Origin: an uncultured Candidatus Saccharibacteria bacterium
GTDB lineage: Bacteria > Patescibacteriota > Minisyncoccia > Phycocordibacterales > UBA918
Length of the DNA: 64,000 bases
Assembly: GCA_964350645.1 (NCBI GenBank)
Contig: CAYGJY010000002.1
Span: forward strand, 33,538 to 97,537
Reading direction: 5' to 3'
Below are positions 45,621 to 54,286 of this stretch, in pieces; position 1 is the first letter of the stretch; every line of letters begins with the position of its first letter. Under the pieces are notes generated by a model. The model was not told where the DNA came from, did not search any database, and saw nothing but the letters and a program-made list of their open reading frames with translations. Made by a program: the position numbers and the translations under genes.

Positions 45621-46715
45621 TTATGTAAGATTAGTGAGAGCTAAGCCAACCGCAGTCGCGTAGCCATAGGAATGGCGTCGATCAATCGGTGGTACAAATT
45701 TTGAAATATCAAACGCGTTTGCCCAGACTTGTGCTCGCTTAGCTTCAAGACCAAGTGTGTCCGTAAAGTACCCCGGCAATCCTTTTAAGTTAACACTCCC
45801 CCCACAAAGAATCAGCTTCTCGATTTGTCGCTCATCACGTTCAACATCTCGTGAATTCCAATACTGAATCCGCGTAGCGATTTCATCTTTAATTGCTGAC
45901 ATAGTAGTGATAAGAGCATCATAGGCAGCTGAATCAGTAACACCACGAACAAGACCTTGTTCATTTTTTATTCTGGTATATTCAGCTTCTGGTAGTTCAC
46001 CAAGTTGATGGCGAAGTGCCGTTGATAATTCTTTACCACCGATATCGATCGTCGAAGTATACATAAGAGCTCCGCGGTGTACGATTCCTACCCCCGTGCG
46101 GGTTTTACCAAAATCTACGATCATATGTGTACCCAGATCACCTTTTGGTAACGTAGTTCGAGCAATTGCTTGCGCCTCAACCTCAAACGCAATCGGAGTC
46201 ACCCCTGCTGCTAAACACGCTTCGTAGTAGCCCATAACCGTGTCACGAGCATAAGCAGTTACTAACACCCGATGGACTCCAGCACGAAGATCGTCTTCGA
46301 TAATGTCGTAATCAAAAAAAGCATCGCGAGGTGACAATGGGACATTTTCTTCAAGACGAAACTCCAACAAGCCCCGAATTTCTTTATACGGAGTACCTTG
46401 CTTAATTTCGGTTTCAAATAAATATGCCCGCTCTTCTGGCAGTGACACCCGCACATACTGAGTTCCGGTAGCGTCGCGCGCAGTTTTAATTGCGGCCGCT
46501 AATTTTGCAACATCACTAATGCTGCCTCGCTTCAGTACACCTTCTTCAATATCAACACTACCCCAGTGTTTGAGAAACACATTCATACCACTGCGGTGAT
46601 CACGCTGAAAACCAACATACTTCAATGAGGTATCTGAGATATCTACCCCCAAGCTAGGCATGGTGAGATACTGTGGCGGCGGAATGATATTTCCAAGAGT
46701 GGTAAGAACTGACAT
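45621..46715 (-). CDS. pilM: type IV pilus assembly ATPase-like protein PilM (actin/FtsA fold)
   Basis: GVDISDTSLKYV N-terminus and ASKHD-fold motifs (IVDFGKTRTGVGI, LILCGGSVNLKGL). Confidence 0.8.
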   Translation of the reverse strand: MSVLTTLGNIIPPPQYLTMPSLGVDISDTSLKYVGFQRDHRSGMNVFLKHWGSVDIEEGVLKRGSISDVAKLAAAIKTARDATGTQYVRVSLPEERAYLFETEIKQGTPYKEIRGLLEFRLEENVPLSPRDAFFDYDIIEDDLRAGVHRVLVTAYARDTVMGYYEACLAAGVTPIAFEVEAQAIARTTLPKGDLGTHMIVDFGKTRTGVGIVHRGALMYTSTIDIGGKELSTALRHQLGELPEAEYTRIKNEQGLVRGVTDSAAYDALITTMSAIKDEIATRIQYWNSRDVERDERQIEKLILCGGSVNLKGLPGYFTDTLGLEAKRAQVWANAFDISKFVPPIDRRHSYGYATAVGLALTNLT

Positions 46716-46765
46716 GAGTTTATTATACGATGCTTCGCCTACTTAAAGACGGACAACTCACATGT

Positions 46766-47374
46766 TTACAGTAATTTGTATAAAATGTAAGCGACCAAAA
46801 GAACTCCAATAATAGCAGCAAATAGAAAGAGGTTACGTTGCATAATTGGTAGCGCTTTTGGTCCGACTGCATAGGCAGCAAAACCTACCAATCCCAAGCG
46901 TAGTGTTCGTCCAAAAATAGAAGCAATCAGAAAGGTAAATATATTTATATGTAAAAAACCGCTCGCGAGCGCTACCAACTTGTACGGGATCGGGGTAAAG
47001 GCACCAATCAACACGAACACAAAACCATTAGTGTCAACACTAGTCGCTACAGCAGTAAACTTTGCCGTCAGGCCAAAAAAATCTAGGAGCTTAACCCCAA
47101 TAGTCTCGAAAAATACTGCCCCCAACACATACCCTGCTAAGCCACCAAGAACAGAGGCCACAATTGATATTAAAACGTACTTTTTCCATAGTGTTCGTTT
47201 TGCTAATATCAAAGCCACTAAAAACGGATCAATCAGGATAGGAGCAAACATCGACTCGGCAAATGAAATAAGTGCGAGTACCCAGGTTGAATGCCTAGAA
47301 CACAACCACGACGTACACTTTTTTGTGACGGTATCAATTTTTGTTTCTGATTGTGCGGCGGTGTTTTCTAACAT
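46766..47374 (-). CDS. YqaA/DedA-superfamily membrane protein
   Basis: FAESMFAPILIDPFLVAL...G pattern of the DedA/VTT domain; four to five TM helices. Confidence 0.5.
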   Translation of the reverse strand: MLENTAAQSETKIDTVTKKCTSWLCSRHSTWVLALISFAESMFAPILIDPFLVALILAKRTLWKKYVLISIVASVLGGLAGYVLGAVFFETIGVKLLDFFGLTAKFTAVATSVDTNGFVFVLIGAFTPIPYKLVALASGFLHINIFTFLIASIFGRTLRLGLVGFAAYAVGPKALPIMQRNLFLFAAIIGVLLVAYILYKLL

Positions 47375-47378
47375 CGCT

Positions 47379-47783
47379 CTAGTTTACCTTAGTCCCCGCT
47401 GGAAGTTCTTGATGCGGTACTAATAACCCGAAGACATTTTCATGACTAGCAGCCAATATCATTCCCTGGCTTTCAAGGCCACGGATGACACGTGACTCAA
47501 GATTGACAAGGAAGGGGCACTGCTTACCAACCAATTCCTGCGGGTCAGCAAAATATCCTCGAATACCAGAAACAATTTGACGCGGCGTCGCTTCTCCAAC
47601 GTCAACAGTCAACCGCAGTAACTTATCAGCGTTCTCAACCACATCAACAGTTTTAATTACACCAATTTTAATTTCAAGTTTGGCAAAATCTTGGTAAGTG
47701 ATTTGCGGCGGAAGCGAAGCTTCCGCCGCCTCAGCTACCACCTCTACCTTTTCTTCCCCGCTGTCTTTAATGTCATCATTCAT
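47379..47783 (-). CDS. tRNA-binding domain protein (CsaA/Trbp111-like OB fold)
   Basis: FAKLEIKIGVIKTVDVVENADKLLRLTVDVGE...RQIVSGI signature. Confidence 0.75.
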   Translation of the reverse strand: MNDDIKDSGEEKVEVVAEAAEASLPPQITYQDFAKLEIKIGVIKTVDVVENADKLLRLTVDVGEATPRQIVSGIRGYFADPQELVGKQCPFLVNLESRVIRGLESQGMILAASHENVFGLLVPHQELPAGTKVN

Positions 47784-47785
47784 AC

Positions 47786-48163
47786 TTATGATTTTGTTAA
47801 AAAGCTATTAAGAATAATTGCTGCCGCTGAGGCGTCCGTAAGTTCGTTTTTATCTTGCCACAGGAGTGCCTCTTGGGTCGTATAGTGCTCTGGCTGCAAG
47901 TGTACCGGTACGCCCGTGTGCAGAGTTATATCCGTGACCAGTTCCTCAACCTGGCTATGAATGTTGTTTGGTTTACCATCTCGCCCGAGTGAATGACCAA
48001 TCACCACTTCCCCTACCCCTTCTTTCTCAATCAATGTCACGATTGTTTTCAAGAACTGAGCATCGCTTTTAATGACACTATGTGGAAATGCCATAGATCC
48101 AGTCTCATCAGATAAGGCTAAGCCAATCTTTTTACTCCCAAAATCAATTCCTAAATACCGCAT
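47786..48163 (-). CDS. yqgF: Holliday-junction resolvase-like / pre-16S rRNA nuclease YqgF (RuvX)
   Basis: MRYLGIDFGSKKIGLALSD N-terminal RNase H-fold motif. Confidence 0.85.
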   Translation of the reverse strand: MRYLGIDFGSKKIGLALSDETGSMAFPHSVIKSDAQFLKTIVTLIEKEGVGEVVIGHSLGRDGKPNNIHSQVEELVTDITLHTGVPVHLQPEHYTTQEALLWQDKNELTDASAAAIILNSFLTKS

Positions 48164-48234
48164 CCGACCAGAATACCATAGTTGGAAAATATGTACTTTT
48201 CTGCTACTATCCTCACACATTAAGGAACCAGTGC

Positions 48235-48321
48235 GGAGGGATGGCTGAGTGGTTGAAGGCGGCGGTCTTGAAAACCGTTAAGGGTGAAAGCTCTTCGAGG
48301 GTTCGAATCCCTCTCCCTCCG
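48235..48321 (+). tRNA. tRNA-Ser (anticodon TGA), type II. No CCA encoded
   Basis: Acceptor GGAGGGA/TCCCTCC; anticodon loop CTTGAAA; long variable arm; T-loop TTCGAAT. Confidence 0.85.
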
Positions 48322-48334
48322 CACTGTTTCTTTA

Positions 48335-48378
48335 AGGAACGAACAAGACCTGCCCTAGGGCAGGTCTTGTTCGTTCCT
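48335..48378. repeat. perfect 21-bp inverted repeat (AGGAACGAACAAGACCTGCCC-TA-GGGCAGGTCTTGTTCGTTCCT) directly after tRNA-Ser
   Basis: Read directly. TTAAGGAAC occurs on both sides of the tRNA (48221-48229 and 48332-48340). Confidence 0.8.
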
Positions 48379-48425
48379 GCAAATACTGTACTCAATTGTA
48401 AAACTAATCATGCTAAAATATTTCC

Positions 48426-48896
48426 ATGGCAGACCAAGCTCGTTCAATTACCTGGGAAGCTCCTGAACATCACCATATTGAAAAAGGTGGTGATTGGTTT
48501 TGGGCATTATGGATTGTCTCGCTCTCAGCAGCGGTAGCAGCCGTTTTTTTTGGTAACGCACTACTCGGTATTCTCCTTGTTATTGCAGCGGCAGTAATGG
48601 CCCTCGTTGCCAACAAAGAACCTGAAATTATTCAGTTTGCGGTTACCTCACGTGGCCTACGTGTTGGTGGCACACTATACCCCTACAGTACCCTTGATGC
48701 TTTTTATATTGATGAAGATTCACCGCGCGGTCCTGAGCTCCTCGCCCGTTCAAAACGACTCTTTATGCACATGATTGTAATGCCTCTACCTGAAGACTAT
48801 ATTGATGACATTGAAGATATCTTGGAGTTGCGCTTACCAGAAGAACACATGGAAGAACCATTCGCTACTAAGCTGATGGAGATTGTTGGTTTTTAA
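48426..48896 (+). CDS. hypothetical membrane protein (two TM helices)
   Basis: Clean ORF with TM helices WALWIVSLSAAVAAVFF and LGILLVIAAAVMALV. No family. Confidence 0.4.
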   Translation: MADQARSITWEAPEHHHIEKGGDWFWALWIVSLSAAVAAVFFGNALLGILLVIAAAVMALVANKEPEIIQFAVTSRGLRVGGTLYPYSTLDAFYIDEDSPRGPELLARSKRLFMHMIVMPLPEDYIDDIEDILELRLPEEHMEEPFATKLMEIVGF

Positions 48897-48956
48897 AGCC
48901 AAAGTCTGTACTCATTATTATTTTGTGGTATTATCGCACCACTCAGTTGAGTCAAC

Positions 48957-49028
48957 GCTCTCGTAGTTTAATGGATAAAATATCGGTTTGCGGTACCGAT
49001 GCTCCAGGTTCGACTCCTGGCGAGAGCA
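48957..49028 (+). tRNA. tRNA-Arg with anticodon GCG as read from the sequence (bacteria normally encode ACG). No CCA encoded
   Basis: Perfect acceptor GCTCTCG/CGAGAGC; T-arm CCAGG-TTCGACT-CCTGG; anticodon stem TCGGT/ACCGA; loop TTGCGGT. Confidence 0.65.
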
Positions 49029-49082
49029 CGAGTATAAAAAAGAGCCCCTCTTGGGACCTTTTTTGTTACCTTATGGTTGTAG

Positions 49083-50456
49083 CTACTTTTGTCGCGAGAC
49101 TGATTTGATTTGGCACAGTTGACGCAATCCAATGACCCCGTGTTCACGTCCCATACCAGAATTTTTATAGCCCCCAAACGGCATCTCTCGACTAAAAGGC
49201 GCTTTCGCACCAACTTTCAAACCTCCGGCTTCAATAGCTCGGGCAATTTGCAGACCACGCTCATAATCTTCTGTTAACACCATTGCGTTGAGACCATACT
49301 CAGTATCATTTGCAAACTCCACCGCTTCTTCATCAGTTGCAAAAGAAACAATCGGTAAAATTGGAGCAAACGTTTCCTCTCGCCAAATCCTCATATCAAC
49401 CGTTACCTTTGTACATACAACTGGCTGCACATATGCTCCTGTCAAACCTTCTAGACTTGCTCCTCTATATATCTCTGCCCCTTTTTGATCAGCATCTGCA
49501 ATTTGTTCCAATGCTAGTTTTTGCTGACGAGCGGCGGTTAATGGGCCGAGAGTAATCGTCTCGTCATTTGGATCTCCCACTGATAGAGTACTGAGTTTTG
49601 CTTGCATCTTAGCTACAAATTCATCATAGACTCTTTCGTGCACGATAGCTCTTTTTACTGCAGTACAGACCTGCCCACAATGCGTGAAACGAGCATTACA
49701 AACAGTTTCAACTGCTTGATCAATATCGACATCTTCCAACACCACTGCTGGACTTGAACCACCTAGCTCCATAAGTGCAGGGATAAATTTTTCACCAGCT
49801 TTTTTATATAAATATTTTCCAGTCTTTGTACTTCCCGTAAACCAGATCATGTCTATAGCTTGATCAGTGAGCACATCACCAACCTGTCCATCACCATGTA
49901 CAACTGAAAAAACTCCCTCAGGAAACGCCGCTTGACTAAACACCTCTTCAATAAACACACCCATCAATGGACACTCTTCAGATGTTTTAAATACTACTGT
50001 ATTACCAGCCAGAAGGTTCGGCACAATTCCCCACATCGCCATTCCAAATGGATAATTCCACGGACTGATAACCGCAACAGTCCCCCACGGCTCATACTCA
50101 ACCTGACACACATATGTGTCACCCTCATCAAGCACTTGAGGACATAGTGCTTTTTCAACATTAACGAGGCACCACTCCACGTGGCCAAGATAGTACTCCA
50201 TTTCGTTCCGAGAATTAGTAATGGTCTTGCCAACTTCTTGAGTAATGAGTTTTGCGATATCTTCTTTCTTATCAAGAAAAATATCATAAGCTTTCTGAAC
50301 TAACTCAGCTCGATCTTTTATACTCGTGTTTTTCCAAACAGTTTTAGCCTGATGTGCACTGGCGACTTTTTGCTCAATTTCTTGGTTGGTAGAAATTGTC
50401 ACCTCACCAATAACCTCATAATTCTTTGCAGGATTTGTTGATAGTAATGTATTCAT
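49083..50456 (-). CDS. NAD(P)-dependent aldehyde dehydrogenase
   Basis: ELGGSSP, FTHCGQVCTA (catalytic Cys) and glycine-rich GSTKTG motifs. Confidence 0.85.
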   Translation of the reverse strand: MNTLLSTNPAKNYEVIGEVTISTNQEIEQKVASAHQAKTVWKNTSIKDRAELVQKAYDIFLDKKEDIAKLITQEVGKTITNSRNEMEYYLGHVEWCLVNVEKALCPQVLDEGDTYVCQVEYEPWGTVAVISPWNYPFGMAMWGIVPNLLAGNTVVFKTSEECPLMGVFIEEVFSQAAFPEGVFSVVHGDGQVGDVLTDQAIDMIWFTGSTKTGKYLYKKAGEKFIPALMELGGSSPAVVLEDVDIDQAVETVCNARFTHCGQVCTAVKRAIVHERVYDEFVAKMQAKLSTLSVGDPNDETITLGPLTAARQQKLALEQIADADQKGAEIYRGASLEGLTGAYVQPVVCTKVTVDMRIWREETFAPILPIVSFATDEEAVEFANDTEYGLNAMVLTEDYERGLQIARAIEAGGLKVGAKAPFSREMPFGGYKNSGMGREHGVIGLRQLCQIKSVSRQK

Positions 50457-50475
50457 TACTATCTAGTATATATAA

Positions 50476-50514
50476 ACAAAAGAACGGCGCCATAGGCGCC
50501 GTTCTTTTGTTATT
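50476..50514. terminator. bidirectional terminator (AGAACGGCGCC-ATAG-GCGCCGTTCT + TTTG)
   Basis: Perfect stem. Shares the GGCGCCATAGGCGCC core with the rplK terminator. Confidence 0.7.
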
Positions 50515-50517
50515 CTC

Positions 50518-50787
50518 TTAACTAGTCTTTGCTTTCTTAATCGCAGCAGCGAGTCGTGACTTCTTACGGTCGGCGGTATTATCTTTGATAACTCCTCGCT
50601 TAGCGGCCTTATCAATGGCTTTCGCTGCAGTTGGCATCAAGGCCTCAGCAGCAGTAGCGTCTCCAGCAACAATCAGCTTGCGCATTTTCTTCACCACGTC
50701 ATTCATCGTATCTTTTCGGCGAATGTTAAACACTCGCTTTCGTAGCGATGCTCGGTGGGCTTTTTCTGCTCCTTTAGTAATTGGCAT
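50518..50787 (-). CDS. rpsT: 30S ribosomal protein S20
   Basis: MPITKGAEKAHRASLRKRVFNIRRK and a basic alpha-helical 89-aa protein. Confidence 0.85.
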   Translation of the reverse strand: MPITKGAEKAHRASLRKRVFNIRRKDTMNDVVKKMRKLIVAGDATAAEALMPTAAKAIDKAAKRGVIKDNTADRKKSRLAAAIKKAKTS

Positions 50788-50885
50788 ATGTTTGTTTTAG
50801 TGGCCGAAACTATACCTCAGCCGTCTAAAAAAAGCAATGCTTTCAGAGCCAACCCCCAAGACAGACTGTAGTATACTAGCCATAT

Positions 50886-51473
50886 ATGATTCGACAGCTC
50901 AATGGAATTGTTTCTGGCCACAGTATCGATTCTGTCGTTATTAATGTCCAAGGCGTTGGTTACCTAGTTCGAACCAGCATCGCTGGCACTAGCTACCCCG
51001 TCGGTAGTGAGATTTCTCTCCATACCTATTTAGCAGTACGCGAGACCGCGCTCGACCTCTACGGCTTTCAGCTTCAAGACGAACTCGATGTATTTGAACT
51101 ATTGCTTACTCTCCCGAAGATCGGACCGAAATCAGCTATCCAAATCCTAGCTCAAGCTGATATCACTCTCCTCAAAGAAGCGGTGCGTAACCAGGACGCT
51201 ACGTATTTATCTAAGATGTCCGGGATTGGAAAGAAGAGCGCTGAAAAAATTGTCATGGGACTTAAAGATAAACTCGAAGACGCCGACGCTGCATTTGCTG
51301 AACAAACTGCAAGCGCTACTGCCGCAAACACTCATACCAGTGACACAATTGATGCACTCATCTCACTGGGGTACACACCTAATGATGCCCGTAAGGCTGT
51401 CCAACAAATCTCACCTGAAATCACCAACGCCAACGACGCGGTCCGTGAAGCCTTGAAGATCCTCAGTCAATAG
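50886..51473 (+). CDS. ruvA: Holliday junction branch migration protein RuvA
   Basis: MIRQLNGIV...VINVQGVGYLV OB-fold start, two HhH motifs (LPKIGPKSAIQIL; MSGIGKKSAEKIV) and C-terminal domain III. Confidence 0.85.
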   Translation: MIRQLNGIVSGHSIDSVVINVQGVGYLVRTSIAGTSYPVGSEISLHTYLAVRETALDLYGFQLQDELDVFELLLTLPKIGPKSAIQILAQADITLLKEAVRNQDATYLSKMSGIGKKSAEKIVMGLKDKLEDADAAFAEQTASATAANTHTSDTIDALISLGYTPNDARKAVQQISPEITNANDAVREALKILSQ

Positions 51474-51482
51474 ACAACCTTA

Positions 51483-52838
51483 TTGATTATGTGGTCTGCC
51501 CGAACTCTCCTCTGGCCAAGACCACCTCCGAAGCCGTATACTAAAACCATTATGGGAACGATTTTATATTGGATCAAACGCTGTATTCCGGGACCTGTCT
51601 TGGATGTTGTTCGTCCACCATATCATTTGGCGCTCGCCTACATTGGAGCAGCCTGGTACCGTCACCCCTCTAAAGAACTCACGGTGATTGCAGTCACTGG
51701 TACTAAAGGCAAATCAACGGTTACTGAGTTGATCCGTACAATTCTTGAAGCTGACGGTAAAAATGTTGCTTCGCTCTCAACTATTCAATTCAAAACTGGC
51801 GATACAACTGAACGAAATTTGTACAAAATGACTCTCCCTGGTCGTTTCTTTCTGCAGCGATTTTTGCGCGACGCAGTCACTGCTGGCTGCACTTATGCCG
51901 TAGTTGAAATGACCTCAGAAGGGGCTAAACAGTATCGCCACAAATTTGTACACCTGGATGCGCTGGTCTTTACTAATCTTACTCCTGAACACATCGAATC
52001 CCACGGCTCGTTTGAAAATTACAAAAATGCTAAGTTGGCGATTGCAAAACAGTTAAAAGCTTCTGGCAAACAACCTCGCTATATCGTCGCTAATACCGAC
52101 AACGAACACGGCGTTGATTTTCTCAATATCGAGGTTGAGGAGAAGCTACCGTACGGTTTAAAGTCACTCAAGTTACATACATTGCACAAAGACGGCATTA
52201 GTCTAATTTTTACTGCTAACCAAGAAGAAGTGACTATCCGGGTACCTTTGGTCGGTCTCTTCAATGTCTACAACACCCTCGCAGCAATCACCCTCACACA
52301 AGCAATGGGGGTCTCACTCAAAACAATCGAAACTGCCCTACGAGCACTGTCTCCGATCAAGGGTCGCGTGGAACACTTTTATTCACCAAGCAGTGCCACC
52401 AAACAAGTTACAGCTATCGTTGATTACGCTCATACCCCTGATTCACTCGAACAACTTTACAAAGCTTTTAAAGACGTTCCGAAGGTTGGTATCCTTGGAA
52501 ACACCGGCGGCGGACGCGATACGTGGAAGCGGCCAGAAATGGCGGCGATTGCGGAACGCTATTGTGACTTTATTATTCTTACCAATGAAGACCCCTATGA
52601 TGAGAACCCCCATAAAATTGTCGAGGACATGGCTAAGGGCATCGAGGATAAAAGTAAGTTAGAAATTATTATGGATCGCCGCGCAGCTATCGCAGCTGCC
52701 CTCCAGAAATGTCCAAGTGGTGGCTACGTACTCATCTCCGGCAAAGGGACTGACCCCTATATCATGGGGCCCCATAATTCACGGCAACCGTGGAGTGACG
52801 CTGAGGTAGTGCAAGAGGAATTAGCGAAACTTTCATAA
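51483..52838 (+). CDS. Mur ligase family protein (MurE-like)
   Basis: VIAVTGTKGKSTVTELI P-loop, TNLTPEHIESHGSFENY, and a C-terminal Mur ligase domain. Confidence 0.7.
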   Translation: MIMWSARTLLWPRPPPKPYTKTIMGTILYWIKRCIPGPVLDVVRPPYHLALAYIGAAWYRHPSKELTVIAVTGTKGKSTVTELIRTILEADGKNVASLSTIQFKTGDTTERNLYKMTLPGRFFLQRFLRDAVTAGCTYAVVEMTSEGAKQYRHKFVHLDALVFTNLTPEHIESHGSFENYKNAKLAIAKQLKASGKQPRYIVANTDNEHGVDFLNIEVEEKLPYGLKSLKLHTLHKDGISLIFTANQEEVTIRVPLVGLFNVYNTLAAITLTQAMGVSLKTIETALRALSPIKGRVEHFYSPSSATKQVTAIVDYAHTPDSLEQLYKAFKDVPKVGILGNTGGGRDTWKRPEMAAIAERYCDFIILTNEDPYDENPHKIVEDMAKGIEDKSKLEIIMDRRAAIAAALQKCPSGGYVLISGKGTDPYIMGPHNSRQPWSDAEVVQEELAKLS

Positions 52839-52840
52839 AT

Positions 52841-52878
52841 AAGAAACGGCCGGGAGCAAAGCTCCCGGCCGTTTCTTA
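52841..52878. terminator. bidirectional terminator (AAGAAACGGCCGGGAGC-AAA-GCTCCCGGCCGTTTCTT)
   Basis: Perfect 17-bp stem between convergent genes. Confidence 0.75.
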
Positions 52879-53358
52879 TTTGAAAAACAATACAATCCCT
52901 GCTGCCACCGACACATTTAAAGATTCCTTCATACCCACCATGGGGATCTCGACTACTGCGTCACAGGCGGCGATTATCTCTGCCGGCACACCTGTTGTTT
53001 CCGCGCCAAATACATAAGCGACGTGCTCTGGCACAGTGAAATCATAGAGAGGCGTACTGTGAGTAGTTTGCTCAACCGCGACAACCTTCATACCCTGCTC
53101 CTTAAGGCGGGCGATGAGTTCTAAGGTAGCCCGAAGTGATTCATCGCCCGCCTCCCCGACATGCTCCCACGCTACTGACTGACTAGCCCCGAGCGACGTT
53201 TTTTGAATTTCTGGCTGTACCCGACCAAATCGGTCAGTCGGCAATGGTGTAGGTCCAACCAGATAGATCTTGTCTACCCCTGCCCCGTCACTGGTTCGAA
53301 AAATTGACCCAACATTATGGGCACTACGGATGTTGTATAAAATTACAAATGTAGCCAT
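52876..53358 (-). CDS. SpoU/TrmH-family RNA 2'-O-methyltransferase (TrmL-like)
   Basis: ILYNIRSAHNVGSIFRTSDGAGV and C-terminal SLNVSVAAGIVLF motifs. Confidence 0.85.
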   Translation of the reverse strand: MATFVILYNIRSAHNVGSIFRTSDGAGVDKIYLVGPTPLPTDRFGRVQPEIQKTSLGASQSVAWEHVGEAGDESLRATLELIARLKEQGMKVVAVEQTTHSTPLYDFTVPEHVAYVFGAETTGVPAEIIAACDAVVEIPMVGMKESLNVSVAAGIVLFFK

Positions 53359-53394
53359 GTACTAGAAATATAAAAAAGAGTCTGGGTGGGGCGC

Positions 53395-53781
53395 CTACGG
53401 CGGCGCCCCACCAGAACCCGCCGGAACGATGAAGGGAAAGACTACCCAAAGTGTCTGCCCCATCCTCGTCTTGACCCGCACAGTGCCAGGCTTGAAGCGA
53501 TCGACGGCGGTCTTTCTAAACCCAACTGGGTCAGGGGTAGGTATACCTACCCACCCGCACTTCGTTTCTTCCAGGTGCTGACTTGCCAAGACAAGGGCAG
53601 CTTCACGATCGGTCTGGACAAGTTGGCTCACTTGCGTGGCCACCGCCTTATCATCACAACCGAATACCTGGTAGCTTTCAGTCTGGGGCACTTCCTCTAT
53701 CACAACCTTACCCCAGACAACCTGCGGGTAAAGGGGTATAGTCAGGAGTTTGACAATGAACAAAATCCGGATCATCTGCAT
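53395..53781 (-). CDS. hypothetical secreted protein. A terminator hairpin overlaps its 3' end
   Basis: Signal-like MQMIRILFIVKLLTIPLYP. The alternative plus-strand ORF 53386-53949 is Arg-rich nonsense. Confidence 0.35.
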   Translation of the reverse strand: MQMIRILFIVKLLTIPLYPQVVWGKVVIEEVPQTESYQVFGCDDKAVATQVSQLVQTDREAALVLASQHLEETKCGWVGIPTPDPVGFRKTAVDRFKPGTVRVKTRMGQTLWVVFPFIVPAGSGGAPP

Positions 53782-53870
53782 CTCCCTTCTGGGCTTTTCT
53801 GTCGCTGCTCGACTTCGCTAGCCTACCGAAAAAAATCTATTTTGTCACGAGAGCGTGCTACACTTTTTCT

Positions 53871-54269
53871 ATGCTTAATCCATTTCCCATCCAATTTCTC
53901 GCCCTCTTTGCTTATTTTATCTTGCGTTTTTTTGTTGGTGCAATCTTAATCTACCTCGGCTTCTCTCACTTGCGCGCGCGTCATGAACTCCAAGAAATAC
54001 TCCAATTATCGTGGTGGCCGTTTGGTAAAATTTCAACTTTTCTCCTTATCACTGCCGAACTCTTCCTTGGTACCCTTATCTTGGCTGGAGCGTTTACCCA
54101 GTTCGCCGTACTAATACTTATGGGCTTATGTATTGAAATGCTCATCCTTCGTCAACATTTCAACCATCCGACCCTACCCCCCAAAATCTTCTACCTCCTC
54201 CTTTTTGCCGCCTCCCTCTCCCTCTTCATTACTGGCGCTGGTGTTTTAGCAATTGATTTACCAATTTAG
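53871..54269 (+). CDS. DoxX-family membrane protein
   Basis: Four TM helices and an N-terminal FLALFAYFILRFFVGAILIYLGFSHL pattern. Confidence 0.6.
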   Translation: MLNPFPIQFLALFAYFILRFFVGAILIYLGFSHLRARHELQEILQLSWWPFGKISTFLLITAELFLGTLILAGAFTQFAVLILMGLCIEMLILRQHFNHPTLPPKIFYLLLFAASLSLFITGAGVLAIDLPI

Positions 54270-54286
54270 TTTTGTATAGTGAATAG

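Noticed and set aside
53386-53949. 187-aa plus-strand ORF
   Set aside because: Arg/Pro-rich low-complexity translation (MGRLRRRPTRTRRNDEG...). It overlaps a terminator hairpin and the more plausible signal-peptide ORF on the minus strand (53395-53781).
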